From contig CAWHYQ010000001.1 of the NCBI GenBank assembly GCA_963833705.1, positions 635,656 to 699,655 of the forward strand: a stretch of DNA of 64,000 bases, given 5' to 3'. Origin of the DNA: an uncultured Chloroflexia bacterium (GTDB lineage: Bacteria; Chloroflexota; Limnocylindria; Limnocylindrales; CSP1-4). The position numbers and the translations under genes were made by a program. Positions 11,671 through 20,936 of this stretch are shown in pieces. The notes beneath the pieces are model-generated. The model ran no database searches. It was not told where the DNA came from and saw nothing but the letters and a program-made list of their open reading frames with translations. Every line of letters begins with the position of its first letter. Positions within the stretch are counted from its first letter, which is position 1.

Positions 11671-12588
11671 CTAGCTGTAGCGGATGCGAGGGTCGATGTA
11701 GGCGTACGCGACGTCCACCACGACGTTGAGGAACGCCACGGCGAACGCGTAGAGCATCGTCATCGCCATCAGGAGACCGTAATCACGGGTCGAGATGGCC
11801 GTCACGTAGAACTGCCCGATGCCTGGGATCCCGAAGATCCGCTCGATGATGAACGAGCCGGTGACGAGGAAGGCGAGCGTCGGGCCAAGGATGGTGATGA
11901 CCGGGATGAGTGCGTTCCGGATCATGTGCCGCGTCACGACGGCGTCGTTTCGGAGGCCCTTGCTGTGGGCCGTCCGGACGTAGTCCTTGCGGGTCACCTC
12001 GAGCATCGAGGCGCGCGTGTAGCGCGCGATCACGGCGATCGGGAACCCGGCCAGGGCGATCGTCGGCAGCACCCAGTACTGGGGTCCCTTCCAGCCGCCG
12101 GTCGGGAACCAACCTAATTGGACGCTGAAGAACACGATCATCAGGATGGCCAGCACGAAAACGGGTGTGGCGATGCCGACGATGGAGATGCTGGTGGCAA
12201 GGTAATCCGGCCCGCGGTTATGGCCGAGGGCGGCGAAGATGCCGAGCGGGATGCCGACCGACACCGACAGGATGAAGGCCATGATACCCAGTTGGACGGT
12301 CGTCCAGATGCCGTCGGCGACGATGTCGTTGACCGATCGGTCGGTGTAGCGATAGGACGGACCTAGGTCGCCGGTGATGAACTTGCCGGCCCAGGTGATG
12401 TATTGCGCGTAGATGGGTTGGTCCAGGCCGTACTTCGCGTTGAGCCGGTCCTGGGTCGCCTGCGGGAGTTGCTTGTCGCGGTCCCACGGCCCACCCGGCA
12501 CGGAGTGCATCAGGAAGAACGTGATGATCGAGACCGTGAAGAGGACCGGGATGATCCAGAGGATCCGACGAACGATGTAGACGGCCAC
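11671..12588 (-). CDS. ABC peptide transporter permease (OppB-like)
   Basis: MAVYIVRRILWIIPVLF N-terminus and an EAA loop (DYVRTAHSKGL). Confidence 0.9.
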   Translation of the reverse strand: MAVYIVRRILWIIPVLFTVSIITFFLMHSVPGGPWDRDKQLPQATQDRLNAKYGLDQPIYAQYITWAGKFITGDLGPSYRYTDRSVNDIVADGIWTTVQLGIMAFILSVSVGIPLGIFAALGHNRGPDYLATSISIVGIATPVFVLAILMIVFFSVQLGWFPTGGWKGPQYWVLPTIALAGFPIAVIARYTRASMLEVTRKDYVRTAHSKGLRNDAVVTRHMIRNALIPVITILGPTLAFLVTGSFIIERIFGIPGIGQFYVTAISTRDYGLLMAMTMLYAFAVAFLNVVVDVAYAYIDPRIRYS

Positions 12589-12631
12589 GGTCTCTCACAT
12601 GTGCGGTGGTTGGCCTGGATCGCGACGGATG

Positions 12632-12663
12632 CCCGTGGCCCGGCCGGTGGGCCGGGCCACGGG
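12632..12663 (-). terminator. perfect 14-bp hairpin (CCCGTGGCCCGGCC-GGTG-GGCCGGGCCACGGG) just downstream of the SBP gene, inside the operon
   Basis: Read directly. It occupies the same position (SBP-permease junction) as the hairpin at 3951-3978 in the paralogous operon. Confidence 0.5.
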
Positions 12664-12682
12664 AGCGAGTCGCCGGGGGCGA

Positions 12683-14455
12683 CTAATGCTTCTTGATGAA
12701 GATGGTCTCGTAGAACAGGTCGCCCGGCAACTGTGCGTCGGACGGCGTGACGTTGAGGCCACCGACATACGGCTGGACCTCGTAGCGGGTGACCCCGAAG
12801 CGGAGCGGCAGGAACGCCGCGTCGTTCATCAGGATCGTCTGGGCCTGCTTGTACAGGTCCTCCTGCTTGGCCTGATCCGCCTCGACGGCGGCCTGCGCCA
12901 TCAGGCTGTCGAAGTCCTTGTTGCAGTACTGGATGTCGTTGTTGCCGCCGCCACACAGGAACAGACCAAGCTGGTTGTTCGCATGCGGGTAGTCGGCACC
13001 CCAGCCATCACGCGCGAGGTCGTACAGACCGGCGGTCCGCTGGGTGAGGAAGACGCTGAAGTCGCTGCCGATCTGCTCGGTCTGGAGACCGAACGCCGTT
13101 CGCCAGGCCTCGGCCAGGAAGGCGACGCGAGGCTCGTGACCGGAGCCGGAGTTGAAGCCGAACTTCAACTTGCCGAGGTCGGCCGCCGAGGACACGCCAA
13201 GGGCCGCGAGGGCCTTGGTCATGTGATCCTTCGCCGCGGTCAGATCGAACGGATACGGGTCGAGGTCAGCCTGGTAGCCGGGGATGCCGGGCATGACCAT
13301 GCTGTTGGCGACGTCGCCGAGACCGGCGAACGTCGCCTGGATGAAGGCCTTCTTGTCGATGGCCTGCGTGAGCGCGATGCGGAAGTCCTTGTTGGCCGCC
13401 GGGCACGCCTTCGGATCGGCGCACTTCGCGAACGGCTGGAGGGTCTTGGGGTCGACGCCGTTGTTGTAGGTGTAGTAGGTGATCGCGAGCTGGGGGATGT
13501 CGACGACCATCGGGCCCAGCGTCGGATCGGCCTTGACCCGCTGCGCGTCCTCGCTCGGGGTCAGCACCATGTCGAGCTCGCCCGCCTCGAAGGCCGCCTG
13601 GCCCTGCGCCGGCTCGGTCGTCATGGACATGTCGATCTCGGTGAGGGTCGACTTGACGTCGCCGTACCAGTTGGGGTTCGGCTTGAGGACGATGTTGCTG
13701 TTGTGCTTCCAGGTATCAAGGATGTACGGGCCCGAGCTGACGTAGTTCGCAGCCTCGGTCGCGGCCGGGCTCGTGATCCACTTCTGCTGGATGGGAGAAG
13801 CGATCCACAGCGCGGCGATGCTGAGGAAGTAGGTGGCTGGCTTGGCCAACGTCACGACGAACGTCTTGGGATCCGGGGCCGCCACGCCGACCTTGTCGAG
13901 CAGCGCATTGATCTCGGCATCGGTCGCAGGCGGCTTCTTGCCGGCCAGGGCCAGCAGGTCCGACGCGCCGGCGAGCTCGGCCATGACGTAGGAATAAGGG
14001 GCGGCGGTGCGCGGGTCGACGAGGCGCTTCCAGCCGTACACGAGGTCGCCGGCGACGATCGGGTCGCCGTTGCTGTACTTCGCGTCACGAAGGTGGAAGG
14101 TGATGGTCTTGGCGTCCGCGGAGACCTCATACTTCTCGGCCAGTTCCGGCACGATCTTGAGGTCCTTGTCGAAATAGACGAGCGGGCGGTTCAGCGCATG
14201 GAGGACGGCGATCGACGTCGAGTCCTGCGCCTTGTTGGGATCGAGGGTCGGGGGCTCCTGGCCAAGATCGATGTGGAGGATCTGATCTGTGGCGAGGTCG
14301 GCATTGCCGGTGCTGGGAGCCGTCGAGGGCGCAGCCGCCGAGGCTCCGGTCGAGGGCGCCGCCGCCGAGGGCGGTGCCGAGCTGGCAGTCGAGCCACCGC
14401 ACGCCGCCACGATGACGGCGAGGCTGGCCAAGATGCCAAAGAGTCGTTTTTGCAT
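12683..14455 (-). CDS. ABC substrate-binding lipoprotein, family 5 (peptide-binding, OppA-like)
   Basis: Internal ATG at 14455 gives MQKRLFGILASLAVIVAACGG (lipobox). The longer ORF upstream (to 14656) lacks a signal peptide. It has family-5 SBP architecture, about 590 aa. Confidence 0.85.
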   Translation of the reverse strand: MQKRLFGILASLAVIVAACGGSTASSAPPSAAAPSTGASAAAPSTAPSTGNADLATDQILHIDLGQEPPTLDPNKAQDSTSIAVLHALNRPLVYFDKDLKIVPELAEKYEVSADAKTITFHLRDAKYSNGDPIVAGDLVYGWKRLVDPRTAAPYSYVMAELAGASDLLALAGKKPPATDAEINALLDKVGVAAPDPKTFVVTLAKPATYFLSIAALWIASPIQQKWITSPAATEAANYVSSGPYILDTWKHNSNIVLKPNPNWYGDVKSTLTEIDMSMTTEPAQGQAAFEAGELDMVLTPSEDAQRVKADPTLGPMVVDIPQLAITYYTYNNGVDPKTLQPFAKCADPKACPAANKDFRIALTQAIDKKAFIQATFAGLGDVANSMVMPGIPGYQADLDPYPFDLTAAKDHMTKALAALGVSSAADLGKLKFGFNSGSGHEPRVAFLAEAWRTAFGLQTEQIGSDFSVFLTQRTAGLYDLARDGWGADYPHANNQLGLFLCGGGNNDIQYCNKDFDSLMAQAAVEADQAKQEDLYKQAQTILMNDAAFLPLRFGVTRYEVQPYVGGLNVTPSDAQLPGDLFYETIFIKKH

Positions 14456-14627
14456 CAACTGTCCTCCGAACGGGTGGGTAACCCGATGTCTTCCCGCTGC
14501 CGCAACCCCGCCTGCACTCTTCAACGCCGCGATGTTCTCATCCCCTTCCGTATCGAACCTCCCGCTCGATACGGATTGATGGGCGAGCCATAGCGGCAGC
14601 ACGGGACCGGGTCGGTGCGCTGCCGGT

Positions 14628-14656
14628 ACTATCCATAGCACCTCACGGCCTGTCAA
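14628..14656 (-). promoter_or_regulatory. candidate sigma-70 promoter for the minus-strand opp-like operon: TTGACA - 17 nt - GATAGT
   Basis: On the minus strand, a perfect -35 TTGACA (plus 14651-14656) and a 4/6 -10 (plus 14628-14633) are spaced by 17 nt. This predicts a structured leader of about 170 nt before the SBP start. Confidence 0.4.
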
Positions 14657-14660
14657 CTGA

Positions 14661-14682
14661 CAACCTAACGAACGTTAGGTTG
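14661..14682 (-). terminator. perfect palindrome CAACCTAACG-AA-CGTTAGGTTG; gcv operon terminator hairpin and/or operator next to the -35 of the opp-like promoter
   Basis: Arms are 10+10 nt with no mismatch and are AT-rich relative to the surroundings. It lies 20 nt after the gcvPB stop and 4 nt upstream of the TTGACA box. Confidence 0.4.
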
Positions 14683-14702
14683 GCTCTCATCTCGGTGTCG
14701 GG

Positions 14703-16202
14703 TCAGTCGGGACACGGGGTTTCGGCGCCACTCATCGCGCGCCAACGGAGGTTCGGCTGGCGCGCCGCCGCGGCCTCATCGAGCCGCCTGACCGGGGCGT
14801 CGTGCGGCGCCCCCGTGACGAGGTCGGGGGTCGCATCGGCTTCGGCTGCGATGGCGGCGAGCGCGTCCGCGAACGCGTCCAGCGTCTCGATCAATTCGGT
14901 CTCCGTCGGCTCGATCAGCATCCCCTCGTCGACGATCAGCGGGAAGTAGATGGTCGGAGGGTGGTAGCCGTAGTCGATGAGCCGTTTGGCGATGTCCAGC
15001 GTGCGCACGCCCGTGCGCTTCTTGATCGTCGAGGCCGATGCCACGAACTCGTGCTTGCACGCCCGGTCGTACGGGATGTCGTAGGTCCCGGCCAGTCGGT
15101 GCTTCAGGTAGTTCGCGGCGAGGACGGCATCGTCGCTGACCTCGCGCAGGCCAGACCCGCCATGCGCCCGGATGTAGGCGTACGCCCGGACGAGGACACC
15201 GGTGTTGCCGACGAAGCTGCGCAGCCGGCCGATCGAGGTCGGGCGCTCCCCGGCGCGCTCCAGCCGGAACGTGCCGTCGTCCTCGCGCAGGACGCGCGGC
15301 GACGGCAGGAATGGGAGCAGGGCCTCCCCCACCCCGACGGGCCCGGCTCCGGGACCACCCCCACCGTGGGGCGTGGAGAACGTCTTGTGGACGTTGAAAT
15401 GCATCACGTCGAAGCCGGCCTCGCCCGGCTTGAAGCGCCCGAGGATGGCATTCAGGTTGGCCCCGTCCATGTAGGCGAGGGCGCCCGCGCCATGGACCGC
15501 GTCGAGCAACTCGCCGATGCGTGCCTCGAACAGCCCGAGTGTGGAGGGGTTGGTGATCATGACCGCGGCGGTCCGCGGCCCGAGCGCCGCCCCGAACGCC
15601 TCGAGATCGACCCCGCCGTCCGCCGCCGACGGGATGGTGATGGTCCGGTACCCCGCCATGGAGGCGGTGGCCGGGTTCGTGCCGTGGCTCGAGTCCGGGA
15701 CGAGCACCTCGTCCCGCTCGGTCTCGCCGCGCGAGCGGTGGTACGCCCTGACCATCAGGATGCCGGTCAACTCGCCCTGGGCGCCCGCCGCCGGTTGGAG
15801 GGAGACGGCCCGCATCCCGGAGATCTCGGCCAGGGCGCCCTCGAGTTCCCACAGCAGCTGGAGCGTCCCCTGGGCGATCTCGTCGGGCGCGAGTGGGTGG
15901 AGGTCGGCGAAGCCGGGCAGCCGAGCGGCCCACTCGTTCAGCTTCGGGTTGAACTTCATGGTGCAGGACCCGAGTGGGTAGAACCCGGTATCCACGGCGT
16001 AGTTCAGGTGCGACAGGTTGACGTAATGGCGGACGACGTCCGGTTCGTTCAGCTCGGGGAGTGCCGCCGGGACCGTCCGGCGCGCCGCGCGCGGGATCCG
16101 GTCGAGGGCGTCCTTGGGTGGGTGCGGGATCTTGCCGCCACCTCGACCCGGGCGACCGCGCTCGAACAGGGTCGGCTGGAGCTTCGGGCCGGTGACGCTC
16201 AC
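14703..16202 (-). CDS. gcvPB: glycine dehydrogenase (decarboxylating) subunit 2
   Basis: GTG at 16202 overlaps the gcvPA stop (GTGA). Strong GcvPB-like sequence (LPELNEPDVVRHYVNLS, MHFNVHKTFSTPHGGGGPG with the PLP lysine). Confidence 0.9.
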   Translation of the reverse strand: MSVTGPKLQPTLFERGRPGRGGGKIPHPPKDALDRIPRAARRTVPAALPELNEPDVVRHYVNLSHLNYAVDTGFYPLGSCTMKFNPKLNEWAARLPGFADLHPLAPDEIAQGTLQLLWELEGALAEISGMRAVSLQPAAGAQGELTGILMVRAYHRSRGETERDEVLVPDSSHGTNPATASMAGYRTITIPSAADGGVDLEAFGAALGPRTAAVMITNPSTLGLFEARIGELLDAVHGAGALAYMDGANLNAILGRFKPGEAGFDVMHFNVHKTFSTPHGGGGPGAGPVGVGEALLPFLPSPRVLREDDGTFRLERAGERPTSIGRLRSFVGNTGVLVRAYAYIRAHGGSGLREVSDDAVLAANYLKHRLAGTYDIPYDRACKHEFVASASTIKKRTGVRTLDIAKRLIDYGYHPPTIYFPLIVDEGMLIEPTETELIETLDAFADALAAIAAEADATPDLVTGAPHDAPVRRLDEAAAARQPNLRWRAMSGAETPCPD

Positions 16203-17626
16203 CGGGTCGCTCCCGCGGCCGTGCCGCGATCGGTCCCCGCCCCGGCCTCGACCGCCGCCGGCGGACGGCCACCGAGGACGCCGGCGAGTGCGTCCGCGAA
16301 CTGGGCGATCTCGTCGGAGGTCGTCACCTCGGTCGCGCACACGAGCAGGCCGTCGGCCAGGCTCGGGTCGTCCGGCTCGGCGTCGGCCAGGACCAGCCCG
16401 GCCAGCACGCCGCGTCCGAGCAGCCGCCGGTGGACGGCCTGCGCGTTCGGGACGGACACGACGAACTCGTTGAGGTATGGGCCCCGGTGCAGCCTGGGCG
16501 CGCCGGCGCCCGCGAGTGCCGCCTCCAGCTCGGCGGCGCGGCCGGCACCCAGCGCGGCCACGTCGCGCAACCCGTGCGGCCCGATGGTCGCGAGATAGAC
16601 CGACGCCGCCAGGGCGAGCAGGGCCTGGTTCGTGCAGATGTTGCTGGCGGCCTTGTCGCGACGGATGTCCTGCTCGCGCGCGCGCATCGTCATGACGAAG
16701 GCTCGCTTGCCGTCAAGGTCGGTGGTCATGCCGACCAGGCGCCCGGGGATCTGGCGCACGAGCGCATCGGTGGAGGCGAGGATCCCGAGATACGGTCCGC
16801 CGTATTGGGGCGCGATGCCGAGCGGCTGCCCCTCACCTGCCGCGATGTCCGCACCATAGGCTCCGGGCGGTGCCAGGACGGCCAGGCTGACCGGCTCGAC
16901 CACCGCCACGAACAGGGCGCCCGCTGCATGCGCCAGCGCTCCGATCTCGGGCATCGGCTCGAGCAGGCCGAGGAAATCGGGCTGCGCCGCGATCACGCCC
17001 GCGACCGAACGGTCGGGCTCGGCCAGCATCCGCTCCAGCGCGCCCAGGTCGGTCGTGCCGGCCGCGTCGCCGTCGCCGATGAGTGGGATCTCGTCGAGCT
17101 GGAGGCCCCCACCGAAATACGTCCGAAGGGTCTCGCGGTAGTGTGGGTGGACGCCACGCGAGACGAGGACGCGTTCGCGCCGGGTCGCCCGGCACGTCAT
17201 CAGCGCGGCTTCGGCGGTGGCCGCGGCGCCGTCGTAGTGCGAGGCTGACACTACATCGAGGTCCACCAGCTCGGCCAGCAGCGACTCGTACTCGTAGATG
17301 CTCTGGAGCGTGCCCTGGCTGATCTCGGGCTGGTATGGCGTATAGGCCGTGTACCACTCGCCCCGCAACAGGATCTGGTCGACCGCCGGCGGGCTCCAGT
17401 GTCGGTAGACCCCCGCACCGAGGAACGACGCGAGATCGGTCCGGTTGCGCGCGGCCAGGCCGCGCAGTCGCGCCGCCAGCTCCAATTCCGGTTCGGGTTC
17501 GGGCAGGTCGAGGCGTGACGCACGCAGCGCGACCGGGATGTCCTCGAACAGCTGGTCGACGGAGGTGAGCCCGAGCGCCGCGAGCATCCGCTCGCGGTCG
17601 CCGGCCGTATGGGGACCGTACGGCAT
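16199..17626 (-). CDS. gcvPA: glycine dehydrogenase (decarboxylating) subunit 1
   Basis: 475-aa ORF starting MPYGPHT... with YTPYQPEISQGTLQ, typical of GcvPA. Confidence 0.9.
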   Translation of the reverse strand: MPYGPHTAGDRERMLAALGLTSVDQLFEDIPVALRASRLDLPEPEPELELAARLRGLAARNRTDLASFLGAGVYRHWSPPAVDQILLRGEWYTAYTPYQPEISQGTLQSIYEYESLLAELVDLDVVSASHYDGAAATAEAALMTCRATRRERVLVSRGVHPHYRETLRTYFGGGLQLDEIPLIGDGDAAGTTDLGALERMLAEPDRSVAGVIAAQPDFLGLLEPMPEIGALAHAAGALFVAVVEPVSLAVLAPPGAYGADIAAGEGQPLGIAPQYGGPYLGILASTDALVRQIPGRLVGMTTDLDGKRAFVMTMRAREQDIRRDKAASNICTNQALLALAASVYLATIGPHGLRDVAALGAGRAAELEAALAGAGAPRLHRGPYLNEFVVSVPNAQAVHRRLLGRGVLAGLVLADAEPDDPSLADGLLVCATEVTTSDEIAQFADALAGVLGGRPPAAVEAGAGTDRGTAAGATR

Positions 17627-17635
17627 CGGGGTCGG

Positions 17636-18016
17636 TCAGCCCGCCGCGATGAGAGCGTCGTAGGCGTCGGCCTCGAGCAGGCCGTCGACCTCGGTCGCGT
17701 CCGCCATCCGGACACGGACCATCCAGCCGTCACCGTACGGATCGGTGTTGACGAGCTCGGGACTCCCACCGAGCGCGGCGTTGGTCTCGACCACCTCGCC
17801 GCCGACCGGGGCGAAGAGGTCGCTCACCGCCTTGACCGACTCCACCACCCCGAACGCCGCGGCCGCCACGAGGGCGCGACCGACGTCGGGCAGCTCGACG
17901 AAGACGATGTCACCCAGCTGATCGGCGGCATAGGCGGTGATCCCGATCACCGCGGCATCGCCATCGACGCGGACCCATTCGTGGTCACTGGTGTAGCGCA
18001 GCTCGCTCGGCACCAT
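17636..18016 (-). CDS. gcvH: glycine cleavage system H protein
   Basis: Internal ATG gives MVPSELRYTSDHEWVR. The lipoyl-lysine motif VESVKAVSD is present. 126 aa. Confidence 0.9.
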   Translation of the reverse strand: MVPSELRYTSDHEWVRVDGDAAVIGITAYAADQLGDIVFVELPDVGRALVAAAAFGVVESVKAVSDLFAPVGGEVVETNAALGGSPELVNTDPYGDGWMVRVRMADATEVDGLLEADAYDALIAAG

Positions 18017-18020
18017 GTCG

Positions 18021-19137
18021 TCAGGTCTCCCTCCTGTAGAACGGCAGCGGGACGACGCGCGCGGGCACCCGAGCGTCGCGGATCTCGACATCGACAACGG
18101 TACCCGGCTCGGCATCGTCGGGTGCGACGTACGCCATCGCGATCGGGACGCCCAGGGTCGGCGACTGCGTCCCGCTGGTCACGACCCCGGAGCGGCGCTC
18201 GCCGGCCCAGATCGGGTGGCCGTGCCGGGCGATCCCGCGACCCTCCACGCGGAGGCCCACGAGTCGGCGCGCGGGTCCGTCGCGGGCGGCCTTCTCGAGC
18301 GCGGCCCGGCCCACGAAGTCGCCCGTCTTGTCGAGCTTGACCACCCGCCCCAGCCCGGCCTCATACGGGGTCGTGTCGAGGTCGAGCTCGTTGCCGTACA
18401 GGGGCATGCCCGCCTCGAGTCGGAGCGTGTCACGTGCGCCGAGGCCCACGGGCAGGCCGTCGCGGGCTCGGACGGCCGCGAGCAGGACGTCCCAGAGCTC
18501 GGCCGTCCGCCCCGTCTCCACGAACACCTCGAACCCGTCCTCGCCGGTGTAGCCGGTCCGGGCGACGAGACCGTCGATGCCGGCCACGGAGCCCGGCGCG
18601 GCCGCGTAATAGCGGAGCGAAGCGAGGTCGACCGTCGGTCAGCGGTGCCAGGACCTCAGTCGCCAGCGGCCCCTGGACGGCCAGGAGACCCGTCGCCAGC
18701 GACCGGTCGTCGAGGACGGCCTTGAACCCTTCCAGGCGTTCGGCCAGCGCGTCCGACACGATCGGCGCGTTGCCGGCGTTGGCCACGACCAGGAAGCGCG
18801 CCTCGCCGAGCCGGTAGACGATGAGATCGTCCATGATCCCGCCGTCCGGCGCGCAGATCATCGAGTACTGGGCGCGGCCCACGGCGAGGCCCGGCGGGTT
18901 CGACACCAGCGCGGCGGCCAGGGCGGCGCCCGCCTCGGGGCCCTCGACGTACAGCTCGCCCATGTGCGACAGGTCGAACAGCCCGACGCGTTCGCGGACG
19001 GTCCGATGCTCCTCGATGATCGAGCTGTACTGGACCGGCATCAACCAGCCGCTGAACTCGATGAGGCGCGCCCCGAGCGCCCGGTGGGCTTCGGTCAGGG
19101 GCGTCAGCTGGACGGCCGGGTCGAGCTCCGCCGTCAC
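18021..19137 (-). pseudogene. gcvT: aminomethyltransferase GcvT; frame broken by one extra base near 18632-18633
   Basis: The N-terminal 2/3 is in ORF 18430-19137 up to ...EVLAPLTD. The C-terminal part is in ORF 18021-18587. Removing one G from GAC-GG-TCGAC restores VDLASLRYYAAAPGSVAGIDGLVARTGYTGEDGFE. The GTG start overlaps the NUDIX stop. Confidence 0.85.
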
Positions 19138-19673
19138 GTCGCGGCCTCGGCCGGCGCGGCGTCGTCGACGACCGGTGCCGCCGAGGCCAGGACATCCGCC
19201 GCGTGGCTGACGAGGGCACGTTCCGTCTCGAACGTCAGCATCGTGGCGGCGCCGTCGAACGGGATCCAGCGGACCTCGTCGAATTCACGGTCGTGCTTCG
19301 TCAGGTCGCCACCCACCGGCTCCATCAGGTAATAGTGGACGGTCTTGTGGATGCGCCTGCCCGACTGGACGAACCAGTACTCGATGGAATCGAGGGGACC
19401 CGTGATGCGGACCTCGAGCCCGGTCTCCTCGGCGACCTCGCGGACGGCGGTCTCCTCCCGACTCTCACCCGCCTTGGGCGTCCCCTTCGGGAGCGTCCAT
19501 GTCCGACCATCGCGCTCGCGCCGGCGGCTGCCCACGACAAGCCACGGTTGTCCTGACTCGTAACGAACGACGATCCCGCCGGCGGAGGTGGCGGTCGAGG
19601 TCCTCAGGCGGGCCACGGCGCCGATGCGGCGCCCGGGCGTCGGGCCGCGCCGGAGCGACCGGACCTGGCCCAC
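19134..19673 (-). CDS. NUDIX hydrolase; first gene of the gcv operon
   Basis: Nudix box GESREETAVREVAEETGLEV. The stop overlaps the gcvT start (GTGA). The start is uncertain; an alternative GTG lies near 19616. Confidence 0.8.
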   Translation of the reverse strand: MGQVRSLRRGPTPGRRIGAVARLRTSTATSAGGIVVRYESGQPWLVVGSRRRERDGRTWTLPKGTPKAGESREETAVREVAEETGLEVRITGPLDSIEYWFVQSGRRIHKTVHYYLMEPVGGDLTKHDREFDEVRWIPFDGAATMLTFETERALVSHAADVLASAAPVVDDAAPAEAAT

Positions 19674-19946
19674 TCCATGGTCACGGGCGGCCGCGGGCGA
19701 CCACCACGCGGACGCTGGGATGCCGCCGGCTGGATGGACCGCCAGCCGGCCCGCAGGCGTGCGAGCGGCGCGACCTCGGGACCGTGCAGCACGGTGGATC
19801 GGACACCGGGAGCACGGAACGAACCGGACAGCCGGAGGCCGAGTCGGCGTTCGCGGATGCGCGTCGACGGTCGGACAAATCGCGCCGCGGGCCGGGCCGC
19901 GTACTTGGCGGCGATGCTGTGCTCCATGGGAGGCTATGGTACCGGT

Positions 19947-20936
19947 TCAGACCGGGCTTGCAAGGGTCCTGGTGAGCGCCGACCGCATCTTGGCCGCGCC
20001 CTCCGGTGTCAGGGCGCCCCGTCCCTCGGCCAGATCGATCTCGCGCCGGGCCGCCGCGACGTACAGGTCCATGACGCCGGGCGCATGGGATCGCAGGGCC
20101 TCGAGGTGCGACTCCAGGGTGCCGAGGTCGCCGCGGGTCATCGGCCCGGTCAGGGCCGCCCGGATGCCGAGGGCCCGGGCGTTGTCGAGCGTGCCCTCGA
20201 TGAGCCGGCCATAGACCGCGAGCGACCCGGCCTCATCGAGCCCCGCCACCCGCCCGAGTTCGGCGATCGCGTCGAGCAACGCGATGACCCCGCCGGCCGC
20301 GAGCACGGCGGCTGCGTGGTACGCGGCCTTGGAGCCCGGCGCGAGGCGGACGGCGGTCGCCCCGATCGCCTCGGCCATCTCCGCCAGCATCGATGCGAGC
20401 TGATCGTCGCCCTCGATCGCGACCGTCGCCCCGTGCAGCGCGGCCACGGCCCGCTCCGTGTCGGCGAAGGCGACGAGGGGGTGGAACGCCCCGATCTGCG
20501 TGCCCGCGGCCATGGCCGGGGCGAGGACCTCCGCCCCGAGCGCCCCGCTCGTGTGGATCATCGCCTGCCCACCGTACATCCGGAGCGAGCCCGCGAGCCC
20601 GGCGATGGCGTCGTCGGGGACGGTCAGGATGATGAGCTCGACCTCATCGAGGATGGGTTCGGGATCGGCGAAGACCCGGCGGACGTCGACGATCGAGCGG
20701 AAGCGCTCGCGTCGCTCGGCATCGCGACTGGCGACGGCCTGGATCGGCCAGCCGCCGCGCGACAGGGCGACACCGAGGGCCGTCCCGACGGCGCCCGCCC
20801 CGACGATCCCGATGATCGGCGGCGCACCCGGGAGCGAGTGCTGATGGGGATGGGTGTGATCGCTCGGATGGACCTCGTCGGCGTGCCGGTGGAACCCGGG
20901 TGGCGGCGGATCGAGGTCGATGCCGGCCGCTTCGAT
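19947..20936 (-). CDS. Rossmann-fold oxidoreductase with a DUF2520-type C-terminal domain; start codon unresolved
   Basis: The track ORF (19947-20579) is only the C-terminal 2/3. The same frame stays open upstream and encodes IIGIVGAGAVGTALGVALS (GxGxxG). There is no ATG/GTG/TTG in that frame between the upstream stop near 21000 and 20579. A strong AGAAGGAGG lies 6 nt before an ATC at 20936. Confidence 0.55.
   Translation of the reverse strand: MEAAGIDLDPPPPGFHRHADEVHPSDHTHPHQHSLPGAPPIIGIVGAGAVGTALGVALSRGGWPIQAVASRDAERRERFRSIVDVRRVFADPEPILDEVELIILTVPDDAIAGLAGSLRMYGGQAMIHTSGALGAEVLAPAMAAGTQIGAFHPLVAFADTERAVAALHGATVAIEGDDQLASMLAEMAEAIGATAVRLAPGSKAAYHAAAVLAAGGVIALLDAIAELGRVAGLDEAGSLAVYGRLIEGTLDNARALGIRAALTGPMTRGDLGTLESHLEALRSHAPGVMDLYVAAARREIDLAEGRGALTPEGAAKMRSALTRTLASPV

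Noticed and set aside
3978-14593. Several 400-670-aa ORFs antisense to the opp-like genes (3978-5249, 5029-6120, 5919-7121, 6038-7717, 8232-9716, 9653-11674, 12599-14593).
   Set aside because: All overlap well-supported ABC transporter genes on the other strand. All have extreme Arg/Pro/Gly/Asp content and no motifs, so they are shadow ORFs.
19604-19927. 107-aa minus-strand ORF in the gap upstream of the NUDIX gene (MEHSIAAKYAARP...).
   Set aside because: It has no Shine-Dalgarno sequence, is very Arg-rich, overlaps the NUDIX start region and resembles no family. I treat it as non-coding leader, although I could not assign an RNA function.
19674-19946. Possible glycine riboswitch upstream of the gcv operon.
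   Set aside because: The conserved aptamer cores are not present on the minus strand. A covariance-model scan would be the decisive test.
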